DNA of 64,000 bases from contig DAOUHR010000008.1 of the NCBI GenBank assembly GCA_034428635.1, positions 17,002-81,001 on the forward strand, written 5' to 3'. Shown piece after piece: positions 21,721-32,270 of the stretch. The notes beneath the pieces were generated by a model. That model was given only the letters and a program-made list of their open reading frames with translations, was not told where the DNA came from and made no database searches. How positions within the stretch are numbered: the stretch's first letter is position 1; every line of letters starts with the position of its first letter. This DNA comes from Dehalococcoidia bacterium. GTDB taxonomy: Bacteria; Chloroflexota; Dehalococcoidia; Lucifugimonadales; UBA3495. Made by a program: the position numbers and the translations under genes.

Positions 21721-24700
21721 TAAATCGCCTCCAGTGATTCATACAGCTCGGACTCGTCCCCCATTCCCTCCATCAATGAAGCGCGGTCTTCTTCGTTCAG
21801 CAGTTCCACGGACAGGCCAAGGCTCTGAAGTTCCTTGAGCAGGACGTTAAAGGACTCGGGGACACCGGGCTGGCCGATAGGCTCACCCTTGACAATGGCT
21901 TCGTAGGTTTTGACCCTGCCCGCCACGTCGTCGGACTTGACTGTCAACACCTCCTGAAGGTTGTAAGCGGCGCTGTAGGCCTCCAGGGCCCATACTTCCA
22001 TTTCGCCGAAGCGCTGGCCGCCGAACTGGGCCTTACCGCCCAGGGGCTGTTGCGTAATCATCGAGTAGGGACCGGTGGAGCGGGCGTGAATCTTGTCCTC
22101 CACCAGGTGAATCAGCTTGAGCATGTAGATACTGCCCACGGTTACCAATTGATCGAATGCGTCGCCGGTACGCCCGTCATAAAGCTGGAACTTGCCGAAG
22201 ATGGGCGGGGCGATGCCACGCTCCCGGTGTGCCCGCAGGGCTTCCTCGTGCATCTGCTCGGACGACATCCCCTTGGTCTCGACGCCCGCCTTGTCTTTGA
22301 GCCAGATGCTCAGACAGGCATCACGCGCCTCGCCACGAATACTCTCGTCGAACAGGCGGTCACCGTCGTAGCCCCGTTCACTCAGCCAGTCGTTAACGCG
22401 AGAGAAATCAATGCCGGGAGACCACTCGGTTGGCCCTCCGTCTACCGCGCCCGCCTGTTCGGCAAACCACAGGCGCGACAGGGAGTCTTCAATGGAATCG
22501 TCTGAGGCGCCGTCAAACACGGGAGTCTGCGCCCGGAAGTTGAGGCCTCGGGCGGCCCAGCCCAAATGCGTCTCCAGCACCTGGCCCAGGTTCATGCGAG
22601 AGGGGACGCCGATGGGGTTCAGAATCATATCCACGGGGGTACCGTCTTCCAGGAAGGGCATATCCTCCACCGGCAGAATGCGAGACACCACGCCCTTGTT
22701 GCCGTGGCGGCCGGCCATTTTGTCGCCCACCGAGATCTTCCTGGTCTGGGCAATCCAGACGCGGACGGCCTCGTTTACGCCAGGGGGCAGGTCGTCCCGG
22801 TTGGCCCGGTTGAGAATTTTCACATCAATGACTTTGCCGCGCTCTCCGTGAGGGACGCGGAGGGAGGTGTCCTTCACATCGCGGGACTTTTCTCCGAAGA
22901 TGGCCCGGAGGAGCTTTTCCTCGGCGGTGAGTTCGGTCTCGCCCTTGGGGGTTACCTTGCCCACCAGGATGTCTCCCGGCCCCACGTCGGCGCCGACGCG
23001 AATGATGCCGCGCTCATCCAGATCGCGCAGGCTGGTCTCGCCCACGTTGGGAATGTCGCGGGTGATTTCTTCGGGGCCCAGCTTGGTCTCCCGGGCTTCC
23101 ATTTCGTGCTTTTCGATGTGAATAGAGGTGAACTGGTCATCCTTGACCAGGCGTTCGCTGATGATGATGGCGTCCTCGTAGTTGTAACCCTCCCAGGACA
23201 TGAATGCCACCAGCACGTTCTGGCCCAGGGCCAACTTTCCGGAGTCGGTGGAGGAACTGTCGGCCAGGGTATCACCGACCAGAACCCGGTCGCCCTTCTG
23301 GACGATGGAGCGCTGGTCGAAACAGGTGCCCTGGTTGGTGCGCGAAAACTTGACCAGTCTGTGGTGGTGGTCCAAACCGTCAGCGTCGGTAACCACGATG
23401 TCCCGTCCCGAAACGGAAGACACCACGCCCGTAGCACGGGAAAGGATCACTTGGCCGCTGTCCCTGGCCACCCTTTCCTCAATGCCCGTACCCACCACAG
23501 GGACCTGGGGCCGCAGCAGGGGCACTGCCTGCCGCTGCATGTTGGAACCCATCAGGGCGCGGTTGGCGTCGTCGTGCTCCAGGAAAGGAATCAGGGCCGC
23601 TGAGATGCTCATGATCTGCATGGGCGAGACGTCCATCAAATCGACATTCGCCGGGAAGTCCTGGGCGTAGTTTTCGCCCAACCGGATTTCGACCCGGTCG
23701 TGGACGAACTGGCCCAGGGCATCCAGCTCGGAATTAGCCTGGGCGATGCGGTAGCTCTCCTCCCGGTCTGCTGACATGTACTCCACGAACTCGGGGCCGC
23801 CTCCCACATAAGGGCGGACGCTGATCATCGTCCCGGCCGGCAGTTCCCGAACAGCCTTCACGTTGGCGGAAGTCAGTTTCTTGCCGGTCGACACCAGGGT
23901 CTTGCCGTCCAGGCCCAGCACATCCTCGGTAACCTCCCTGCCTTCCAGGTCCGGGGCGGTGTTGGAGATAGACTTCAGGACTTGCCGGTAGGGCGACTCG
24001 ATGAAGCCGTAAGGGTTGGTCTGGGCATATGAAGAAAGGGAACTGAGCAGGCCAATGTTGGGCCCTTCAGGAGTCTCGATAGGGCAGATGCGGCCGTAGT
24101 GAGAGAAGTGCACATCCCGCACGTCGAAGCCGGCCCGCTCCCTGGACAAGCCGCCCGGACCCAGGGCGGAGAGGCGACGCTTGTGGGTCAGTTCCGCCAG
24201 GGGGTTGGTCTGGTCCATAAACTGGGACAACTGGGACCCGCCGAAAAACTCGCGGACGGCGGCCACCACGGGCCGCACGTTTACCAAACCGCGGGGGGCA
24301 ACTTCCTCTGCATCCACAAGGGTCATCTTTTCCTTGACCATGCGCTCCATTCGGGAGAGGCCAATACGGACCTGGTTCTGCACCAGTTCGCCCACTGCCC
24401 TGACCCGGCGGTTGCCCAGGTGGTCTATGTCGTCGGCCCGTTCCTCGCCCCGATTGACCAGGATCAGGGTACGCACCACCCGGAGCATGTCATCCAGAGA
24501 CAGAATGCGCTGGGCGGGGCGCTCTTCGATCTGGAGGCGGCGGTTGAACTTGTATCGGCCAACCCGCCCCAGGTCGTAGCGCCGTGAATCAAAGAAGGAA
24601 GTCTTTATCAGATTGCTGGCGTTCTCCACACTGGGAGGTTCCCCCGGGCGCAGGCGGCGGTAAAGCTCCACCTGGGCGGAAGCGATCTGGCGAGCGGTTT

Positions 24701-25517
24701 CGATGTGGAAGTCCTGGTCGGGGCGCAGCCATTCCCACATGTTCCGCAGGTCGTCTTCGCGGAAATGAGGATCACGCTCGGCGGAGGGCTGGTCCCGGTC
24801 CAGGGTAGTCTGGATATACTGGTGCCTTTCGTCCGTATCAACATCAGCGAAATAGGCCACCATCTCTTCCCTGGTTACGCCCATGGCCCGGAAGAAGGTG
24901 GTAACAGAAACGCGGCGCTTCCGGTCGACCTTCACCGAGAGGATGTCCTTGATGCTGGTCTCAAATTCCAGCCAGGCGCCCCTGGAAGGAATAACCTGGG
25001 CTGTGCAGAGATTTCGCTCTACGGCGGGCGACTTGTCGTGCTTGAAATACACGCCGGGGGAGCGGACCAACTGGCTGACCACAACGCGTTCAGCGCCGTT
25101 AATGATGAAAGTTCCCGTATCCGTCATCACGGGAATTTCGCCCATGAATATATCCTGCTCTAGCCGCTCGTTGGTTTCGAGCTTAACGAGCAGGGCCTTC
25201 AGGGTCAGGGGCTGGTTGTAGGTCTTCTCCAGTTCCTTGCACTCGGCCGGCGAGAGCTTGGGTTCCTCGAAGGTGTGTTCCAGGAAATGCAGTTCATACT
25301 TCTTGCCGGTGTAATCGGTAATGGGGGAGAATTCCCTGAAGACCTCCGCCAAGCCGTCTTTCTTGAACCAGTCATAGGACTGTATCTGGCTGAGGATCAG
25401 GTGTGGTACGTCCAGGACCTCGGCAATGCGGGCATAAGATTTGACCCTGGCGGCGGCTGAACCGGCGCCATTGGCCTTGCCGTTGGAATGCCCATTAGAC
25501 ACGGGAGTCATAGCCAT
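21720..25517 (-). CDS. rpoB: DNA-directed RNA polymerase subunit beta
   Basis: Conserved blocks include [15 protein letters not shown]-type [14 protein letters not shown] and [22 protein letters not shown]. The stop overlaps the rpoC start (TAATG). RBS AAGGAG. Confidence 0.97.
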
Positions 25518-25651
25518 TCTCCATTCTCCTTTTTGCGAACGCAGGATGGGGACTAGTGGCCGGAAAAATTAGACAAAGTGGGACCAGGGTCTGTGATTTG
25601 CTTCGGAAAATGAGCAAAAATAGGTAGATGAGGCATATTCGGTAACCCCTA

Positions 25652-25679
25652 ATTATAGTTGGCTAATTTGGATTGTCAA
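25652..25679 (-). promoter_or_regulatory. Consensus sigma-70-type promoter of rpoBC
   Basis: On the minus strand: TTGACA (25679..25674), a 16-nt spacer, then TATAAT (25657..25652). This sits about 135 nt upstream of the rpoB ATG. Confidence 0.55.
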
Positions 25680-25834
25680 CCGGTTTTTGTGAGGCTCTCC
25701 AACCGCCGCGAAGAAGGTGAGGTTCCTGGACCGCCCTGCTGCCGTGTGAAAGCTGCCACAGAACCGGGATGTAGCACGACGAACAGGTTACGGGCAGAGG
25801 CAAGAAAGAACTGGCCGTCGCCGTGAAATAATGG

Positions 25835-25870
25835 TGAAAAGTTGATGCCGATTCGGGAGGGCATCAACTT
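25835..25870 (-). terminator. Orphan intrinsic-terminator-like hairpin upstream of the rpoB promoter
   Basis: AAGTTGATGCC-10 nt loop-GGCATCAACTT forms a perfect 11-bp stem. A U-run (ACUUUUCACCAUUAUUU) follows only on the minus strand. No annotated minus-strand gene lies upstream of it. Confidence 0.5.
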
Positions 25871-26054
25871 CCCAACCCGTTAATTGTCGGGTATCCATTC
25901 CCTGGCCTGCAGGCCAGGAGAACAGCTGACATTCTGCATTAGAATGGAATTTGAGGGCGACAAGAAAGCGTCAACCTGGCTGGAAAGGCACCAAATACCG
26001 GTTTCCGGGCTCTTGTTCTGGGGACTCTAGGGTAGCGTGGGGGTTGGGTACCCC

Positions 26055-26082
26055 TTGACTTTCCATAACTGCTATGTAAAAT
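26055..26082 (+). promoter_or_regulatory. Candidate promoter of the DUF11 surface-protein gene
   Basis: TTGACT (26055..26060), a 16-nt spacer, then TAAAAT (26077..26082), about 113 nt upstream of the ATG. Confidence 0.4.
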
Positions 26083-26195
26083 TCTTTGCGTCGAAATTCG
26101 CCATTCCGATAGGCATTTTGGTATTCACCAGAACTTTGCCGGCGTTTAGTTCACCAACACATTCTTATCAACAAACCTGACAGAGGAAGGTACAA

Positions 26196-28898
26196 ATGAG
26201 CCCCTCAACCATCAAGACTCTCCCATGGATGATCGGCATAATTGCCGTGCTTGCATTGGCAGGGATAGTAACCGGCACAATGCTGCTAGCGCCATCCTCT
26301 ACGACAGATGCGCCGGCCATGGTGAATTTTGTAGAACCATCTCCGGAAACCCAGAAAGACCCCTCTCCCCCAACCACGGCCTCGGTAGCCACCTATACCA
26401 GGTTCCCCCAGGTCAGATTGGACGAAGATGCCCGGGCAGACCTGGCAAGTAACCAGTCCCTGGCGGAGGTTTCCAAAACGGTGATTGCCCAGACCGATCC
26501 GGCCACGGCGCCGATGGCGGTCAGCATTGATCCGGTGGAGGACTGGAACCCCATCTTCAGCCAGCACACTTTCACCGTCACGGTTAACGGGGCCGACGGC
26601 ACGCCGGCGAACGGCGTTGAGGTGGAAGTCTTTCTCAACCGGTTTGGCGAGGCTGTGGGCGATATCGTCTCCCTGGGTGGAGAAAATCCCCGCAAAGTTG
26701 ACAATTTCTTTGGGCGCGTGATTACCGACGACAACGGCCAGGCCACACTGACCATCACCGCCACCCGCACGGGCGACACCGACGTAACCGCCTTTGTTCC
26801 CCAGATAATGGACAACGACACCCACAAGGTGTTTGCGGTGAAGCACTGGGTTGATATGGATGTGGAGTTCCCCGCTGATGGCGTTAACCTGGTGGGAATT
26901 GAACACCCGATGCTGGTGCGGATCTACAAGGTTTCTGACGGCTCCCCCATCGCGGACGCCAACGTGTCCTGGTCCATAGTGGACGGAGATCCCGCAGCCA
27001 CCCTGGACAACCAGGGGGGAACGGTCTCCACCACCACCAACGGGAATGGTGAGACGGTGGTCACCCTGCGGCAGGTGGAACCTGCCCTGGGCGACAACCA
27101 GGTCCTGATCCAGGTTCTGGAGGAAGGCACCAACAAGGCGATGTTCAGCCACACCCTCACCAAGACGTGGCAGTCGCCCACCCTGGAAGTTAACAAGGAA
27201 GGTCCTGCCAGCCTTGGCCTGCGCAAGACCGGCGAGTACACGGTGGCCGTCACCAACAGCGGCGACACCACCGCAACCAATGTGACCCTGACCGACGACC
27301 TGCCTGAAGGCCTGACGTTCGTAAGCTCCACTCCGGAAGCCGCCAGTTCTGACGGCAGCACCGTTACCTGGAGCCTGGGCGACATCCCGCCTGGTGAGTC
27401 CGTATCCGTCAGTATGATGCTGACAGCCGACAATGTCGGTGAGCAGATCAATACCGCCACCGCCGTCTCTGTGGAAGGCATCAGCGGGCTGGATACTGCG
27501 TTGACCAGCGTGATCCCCGGCTCCCTGCAGCTGGCCAAGTCCGGCCCGGAACAGACGATCTCCGGCGACGACCTGACCTACGAGATCACGGTAACCAATG
27601 ACGGCGCCGGCGCGCTGACCAACATCGTCCTGACCGACATTTTGCCCGAGGGCCTGACCTACGTGTCCAGCAGCCCGGAGGGAGCAGTTGGCGCCGACGG
27701 CACAGTGAGCTGGCTTATTGAATCCCTGGACGCCGAGGCATCCGCCACGGTGTCCGTGGTAGCAACCACCGGCGAATCCGGCGAAATAGTGAACACCTCA
27801 ACCGTTGACTCGGATGAGGGGGCTACCGCCACGGCCCAGGCCACCACCCTGGTAACCAAATCCGACCTGTCCATAACCAAGACGGCGGACAACGCCAGCC
27901 CGCTACTGGGCCAGCAGACAGTCTTCACCATCGCAGTAACCAACAACGGCGACGCAGTGGCATCCAACGTTTCGGTGGTTGACCCGCTGCCTACCGAAAT
28001 TGGCAGCGTAGTGGCAGACCCCGAAGCCACGCTGGCAGATGACGGCAGCCTGCAGTGGACTATCGCGTCCATCGACCCGGGGGCCACGGCCACCATCACC
28101 GTTACCGGCACTGCCACGGTGGGCGGAACTATCACCAATACCGTTTCCGCCACCGAGCGCGGTGTGACCGTGACCGCGGAAGCCAGCATCGACGTGCTGG
28201 AGCCCGCGGTCAGCCTGGCCAAGGCCGGCGGTTCGGCCCTGTACGTGGACGGTGAACGGACTTACACCATCACCGCAACAAACACCGGTACGGCCAACCT
28301 GACCGGCGTGACCATAACCGACAATATCCCGGCTGAGATGTCCTACGTTACCAGCGACAACGGAGGCCAGGAGGCCGACGGTGTAGTAACCTGGGCCATC
28401 GGCGATCTGAACGTAGGTGCATCCGTTGACGTATCGGTAACGTTGCGCGGTGACTCGGTTGGCGAGGTCATAAACACAGCCAACGTGACCAGCACTGAAG
28501 GCGCAACGGCCGACGCGGTTATCAACATCAGCATCGTGGCGGCAGCCGCGGCCCACCTGAGCATCATCGACGGCGTGGACCCCATGGGCGTAGGTGAACA
28601 GGGCAGCTACACGATTACCATAACCAACCAGAGCCAAGACTCGGCAATGTCCAATGTGAGGCTGTCGGTAACCATCCCGTCCCAGTTCTCCGTAGTTACC
28701 GCCGAGGGCGGAGCAATCTCCGGTGGCACCGTAACCTACACGGCAGTCCCGTCCCTGGCGGCCGGTGAAGAACTGCTGTACACCATCAGTGTCGAGGCAG
28801 TGAGCGCTGGTGACGTAGTCGCCTCCGCTACCCTGCGGTACGACGAGTTCACCCAGCCGATCACGGCCCAGGAAGGTACGACCATCGTAGACCGGTAA
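26196..28898 (+). CDS. Large N-terminally anchored surface protein with Ig-like domains and five DUF11-type repeats
   Basis: An N-terminal TM/signal anchor (WMIGIIAVLALAGIVTGTMLLA). Big-like modules (FTVTVNGADGTPANGVEVEVF, GQATLTITATRTGDTDVTAFV). Five repeats follow the pattern [YF]T[IV].[VA]TN.G...A.NV.[LV].D.[LI]P.G[LM].[YF]V[ST]. RBS GAGGAAGG. Confidence 0.75.
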   Translation: MSPSTIKTLPWMIGIIAVLALAGIVTGTMLLAPSSTTDAPAMVNFVEPSPETQKDPSPPTTASVATYTRFPQVRLDEDARADLASNQSLAEVSKTVIAQTDPATAPMAVSIDPVEDWNPIFSQHTFTVTVNGADGTPANGVEVEVFLNRFGEAVGDIVSLGGENPRKVDNFFGRVITDDNGQATLTITATRTGDTDVTAFVPQIMDNDTHKVFAVKHWVDMDVEFPADGVNLVGIEHPMLVRIYKVSDGSPIADANVSWSIVDGDPAATLDNQGGTVSTTTNGNGETVVTLRQVEPALGDNQVLIQVLEEGTNKAMFSHTLTKTWQSPTLEVNKEGPASLGLRKTGEYTVAVTNSGDTTATNVTLTDDLPEGLTFVSSTPEAASSDGSTVTWSLGDIPPGESVSVSMMLTADNVGEQINTATAVSVEGISGLDTALTSVIPGSLQLAKSGPEQTISGDDLTYEITVTNDGAGALTNIVLTDILPEGLTYVSSSPEGAVGADGTVSWLIESLDAEASATVSVVATTGESGEIVNTSTVDSDEGATATAQATTLVTKSDLSITKTADNASPLLGQQTVFTIAVTNNGDAVASNVSVVDPLPTEIGSVVADPEATLADDGSLQWTIASIDPGATATITVTGTATVGGTITNTVSATERGVTVTAEASIDVLEPAVSLAKAGGSALYVDGERTYTITATNTGTANLTGVTITDNIPAEMSYVTSDNGGQEADGVVTWAIGDLNVGASVDVSVTLRGDSVGEVINTANVTSTEGATADAVINISIVAAAAAHLSIIDGVDPMGVGEQGSYTITITNQSQDSAMSNVRLSVTIPSQFSVVTAEGGAISGGTVTYTAVPSLAAGEELLYTISVEAVSAGDVVASATLRYDEFTQPITAQEGTTIVDR

Positions 28899-28961
28899 CC
28901 AAAGCTAGACCCCAACCGGGCGGCCAGGATCCGGGCCGCCCGGTCAAAACAACGAACCAGC

Positions 28962-28990
28962 GGGGCCCCAGGCAGGGGCCCCAATTTTTT
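28962..28990 (+). terminator. Intrinsic terminator of the surface-protein gene
   Basis: GGGGCCCC-aggca-GGGGCCCC followed by AATTTTTT. A second GC hairpin (CCGGGCGGCC...GGCCGCCCGG, 28916..28943) precedes it. Confidence 0.8.
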
Positions 28991-29061
28991 GGCGCCGCCG
29001 TCAAGACTGCGACGCCAGCCCTCCCAATAATGGCCCAAGATAGACAGAGACAATGTCCACA

Positions 29062-29090
29062 TTGACAGCCTCACTTGCCAAACCTAGAAT
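29062..29090 (+). promoter_or_regulatory. Candidate promoter of modABC
   Basis: TTGACA (29062..29067), a 17-nt spacer, then TAGAAT (29085..29090). Confidence 0.45.
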
Positions 29091-29165
29091 TTTCTGACTG
29101 TGTCGCGTGGCGTCTTGCGCACTTAATCTGAGCCTGAAGGACATCCAGTCAACGCCAGTTGAATA

Positions 29166-30119
29166 TTGACACCAGGAAGACAAACCAAGGAAATACTAAC
29201 TACCCCCTGCCTGAGAAGCAGGAAAGCCGCCCCCTTCCCCTTGCTGATGGCATTAGCGCTGGTGACTGCGGTGGCAACGGGCTGCGGAGAAGGGGCTGGC
29301 CAGCGTCCGACAAGTCAGTTAGGAAATCCTGCCAACAAGGAAGAATCGGCAATCACGGTTTTTGCGGCTGCATCGTTGACGGATGCGTTTAACGCCCTTG
29401 CCAGGGAATACCGGTTGCAAAATCCGGGGATAGAACTTGTCCTTAACTTCGACGGCAGCCAGCGGCTGCGGACCCAATTGGAGCACGGGGCACAGGCTGA
29501 CGTATTTGCCTCCGCAGATTGGGACCAAATGGAAGCGGTCGAATCCCGCGGACTGACTGCCAGCCCTCCGATCAACTTTGCCAGCAATCGCCTGATAATT
29601 TTGGGGTATATTGGTTCGGGCGGAAATCTGGACCCGAAAACTTTCAGTTCCTACTCACTTTCAGAGGATACGCTCCGCGGGAATCTGGAGCCGCTGGCCG
29701 CCCCCGGAATGAAGATTGTGGTGGGGCAGTCCCTGGTCCCGATTGGCAGATACACGGAACAGTTGCTGGAAGCGATTGAAACTTCCCCCGCCCTGGGCCA
29801 GGAATTGGCTGATGGAATGAGGGCAAATGTGGTGTCTCGAGAGGGCAATGTGCGCGCTATAGTTCAGAAGGTGGACCTGGGCGAGGTTGACGCAGGGGTA
29901 GTCTACTCGTCGGACGCGACTCAGGTTTCCGCTGGCGTAACAGTTTTGGAGCTACCCGAATCCATTAATGTGAATGCACACTACCCAATTGCCGCCCTAA
30001 CTCGGAAGCATGGCGTTTCCGAATTCGTCGGTTTTGTGATGTCTGGGCGGGGCCAGCAAATCCTCCGAGAGTACGATTTCGGGCCGCGATTGGACAACGA
30101 GGAGAATAACCGGCAATGA
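29166..30119 (+). CDS. modA: Molybdate ABC transporter substrate-binding lipoprotein
   Basis: ITVFAAASLTDAFNALAREY...LNFDGSQRLRTQLEHGAQADVFASAD is the ModA pattern. A lipobox-like VATGC is present. The start is uncertain: the ORF-track start is a TTG, and an internal ATG at 29247 is possible. Confidence 0.8.
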   Translation: MTPGRQTKEILTTPCLRSRKAAPFPLLMALALVTAVATGCGEGAGQRPTSQLGNPANKEESAITVFAAASLTDAFNALAREYRLQNPGIELVLNFDGSQRLRTQLEHGAQADVFASADWDQMEAVESRGLTASPPINFASNRLIILGYIGSGGNLDPKTFSSYSLSEDTLRGNLEPLAAPGMKIVVGQSLVPIGRYTEQLLEAIETSPALGQELADGMRANVVSREGNVRAIVQKVDLGEVDAGVVYSSDATQVSAGVTVLELPESINVNAHYPIAALTRKHGVSEFVGFVMSGRGQQILREYDFGPRLDNEENNRQ

Positions 30120-30174
30120 GCTTGGACTTGACAGAGTCGGGCGATAACGCGCTCATCCAGGACCGTCGTGGGTC

Positions 30175-31014
30175 ATGGGTCTCCAGTTGAAAAGGTTAAT
30201 CGGGGGCGCTCGGCCATCTGGGACATCCTCCCGAATACCCGTAGGAACAATCGCTACCTCACTCTATGTTGCTTTCATCTGCCTGCCAATCCTGGCCCTG
30301 CTTCTTAGAGTAGTCCTGCAGAATGATGCCCTGGCCAGCGTGGCCAACTCCCAGGTGCTCATGGCGCTGCGCCTGTCGTTGTTCACCAGCGCCATCAGTA
30401 TGCTGGTGGTGGTGCTGGTGGGAACCCCCTTCGCCCTGTCCCTGGCCCGCAGCGAATCTATGGTTATGCGGGCGGTGGACCAGATAGTGGAACTGCCGAT
30501 AATACTGCCGCCGGTAGTGGCGGGTGTGGCCATGCTGCTGGCCTTCGGGCGGCAGGGCATTCTGGGGCCACCCCTCGCCGAATTGGGAATTTCCCTGCCC
30601 TTCACCACGGCAGCCGTGGTTTTTGCCCAGATTTTCGTGGCCGCCCCCTTCTTTGTCCGGTCGGCCAAGCTGGGTTTTATGTCGGTACCCCGCGAATATG
30701 AAGCCATTTCCCAGACGCTGGGGCTGTCACCCTGGCGCACGTTCTTGAAACTGACCCTGCCCCTGGCAGCCCCCTCGCTGCTGACCGGCCTGGCGCTGGC
30801 CTGGGCACGGGCACTTTCCGAGTTCGGCGCCACCATAATGTTCGCCGGCAACCTGACGGGAAAGACACAGACTATGCCCCTGGCGATTATGACGGCCATG
30901 GAGTCCAGCCTGGAAAGCGCCATAGCCCTGTCGGCCATCCTGCTGGCGTTGGCCTTGCTGGTGCTGGTGGCCCTGGGCCTGATTGCCAGGAATCGGTGGC
31001 GGGAGGCGATATGA
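30175..31014 (+). CDS. modB: Molybdate ABC transporter permease
   Basis: The membrane profile and the ELPIILPPVVAGVAMLLAFG and EAISQTLGLSPWRTFLKLTLPLA (EAA loop) blocks fit the ModB/CysTW family. Confidence 0.85.
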   Translation: MGLQLKRLIGGARPSGTSSRIPVGTIATSLYVAFICLPILALLLRVVLQNDALASVANSQVLMALRLSLFTSAISMLVVVLVGTPFALSLARSESMVMRAVDQIVELPIILPPVVAGVAMLLAFGRQGILGPPLAELGISLPFTTAAVVFAQIFVAAPFFVRSAKLGFMSVPREYEAISQTLGLSPWRTFLKLTLPLAAPSLLTGLALAWARALSEFGATIMFAGNLTGKTQTMPLAIMTAMESSLESAIALSAILLALALLVLVALGLIARNRWREAI

Positions 31015-32141
31015 GCAGCGTCATGGCTAAAACGCCATCCACATCCCAGTCCGCCGGATGGATAAAATACGAGATCGGTCGATTCAGCCTGGAAGCCAGT
31101 TGGGAGGTTGAACCTGGGCACACGCTAACCCTGTTCGGGCCTTCGGGGGCTGGCAAAACCACTCTTCTGCGGGCCATTGCCGGCCTGGTCCAGCCACGGG
31201 AAGGGCACATCGAAATTGGCGACCAGACAGTCTTTGACAGCCAGCAGGGAATCTTCGTACCACCTCACCTGCGGCGGGTGGGTCTGCTGACCCAGGGCCA
31301 CCACCTGTTTCCCCATCTGACTGTGGGCGGCAACATTGGTTACGGGTTGACCGACTGGGAACCGGAGGAGCGACGACGCCGGCTGGCTGAACTAGTGGAA
31401 TTGTTCCAATTGGCTGAACTGGTGGACCGACGGCCCCACCAGATCTCGGGAGGCCAGCAACAGCGGGCAGCCCTGGCCCGGGCGCTGGCGCCACAACCGG
31501 CCCTGATGCTGCTGGACGAACCCTTCAACTCGCTGGATGTTGAACTGCGACGAAGCCTGCGGTCCGAATTGAGGGCCAGGTTAAAGGAGGCGGGAGTGCC
31601 GTCGATTATGGTAACCCACGACATCGAGGAGGCCATAAGCATGGCCGACATGGTGCAGGTCATCAACCACGGCAAGGTGGAGGCCGCCGGCGCTCCCCTG
31701 GAGGTATTGGGACAGCCGGGGCACGGTCGTGTAGCCCGCCTGGTGGGGGTGGAAAACCTCCTTGCCCTGTCGGTAGCATCGATTCACCCACAAGACGGGA
31801 CCATGGTCTGCGCGGACGCCGGTGGCGGCTTGCGGTTGGAGGTGCCTCTCTCCGACGTGGTCGGCGGCAACCGGGTAACGGTGGGCATTCGCGCTTCCGA
31901 CATCATCCTGGCGGATACGGAGCCCCGGGGTTCTTCCGCACGCAATCGACTGCCAGGGGTGGTCTCAGGGATAGAACTGCGGCCTCCCGGTTACGAAGTT
32001 ACCCTGGCGTGCCGTGGCGTGGACCTGAAGTGCCACATCACCGGCACGTCCCTGAACGAAATGGGCATAAGCGCTGGAGACAGCCTCTGGGCCGTGTTCA
32101 AAGCCTCCTCCTGCTTCCTTGTTTCCGAAGACGAGACCTGA
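31011..32141 (+). CDS. modC: Molybdate ABC transporter ATP-binding protein with C-terminal TOBE-like domain
   Basis: Walker A GPSGAGKTT, signature ISGGQQQRAALARAL and Walker B LMLLDEP. ATG 31011 overlaps the modB stop (ATGA). Confidence 0.85.
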   Translation: MSSVMAKTPSTSQSAGWIKYEIGRFSLEASWEVEPGHTLTLFGPSGAGKTTLLRAIAGLVQPREGHIEIGDQTVFDSQQGIFVPPHLRRVGLLTQGHHLFPHLTVGGNIGYGLTDWEPEERRRRLAELVELFQLAELVDRRPHQISGGQQQRAALARALAPQPALMLLDEPFNSLDVELRRSLRSELRARLKEAGVPSIMVTHDIEEAISMADMVQVINHGKVEAAGAPLEVLGQPGHGRVARLVGVENLLALSVASIHPQDGTMVCADAGGGLRLEVPLSDVVGGNRVTVGIRASDIILADTEPRGSSARNRLPGVVSGIELRPPGYEVTLACRGVDLKCHITGTSLNEMGISAGDSLWAVFKASSCFLVSEDET

Positions 32142-32270
32142 CCGCGCGGGGCCTTCATATTTTCTTAAACCCCATTCGGGCGGATATGTGGCTATAATCG
32201 ATAAGCTTAGACCAAGATAACAACACCAACACGGAAAGTACCGATCCCGGGAACAGGAGTGCAGGACAGA

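Noticed and set aside
25676-25867. The 63-aa minus-strand ORF in the rpoB upstream region.
   Set aside because: It starts inside the terminator-like hairpin, has no RBS and spans the predicted rpoB promoter. It is more likely non-coding.
28991-29165. A Moco riboswitch or ModE operator upstream of modA.
   Set aside because: No conserved Moco-motif core and no TATAT-N-ATATA type ModE box is visible. Only a sigma-70-like promoter pair is supported.
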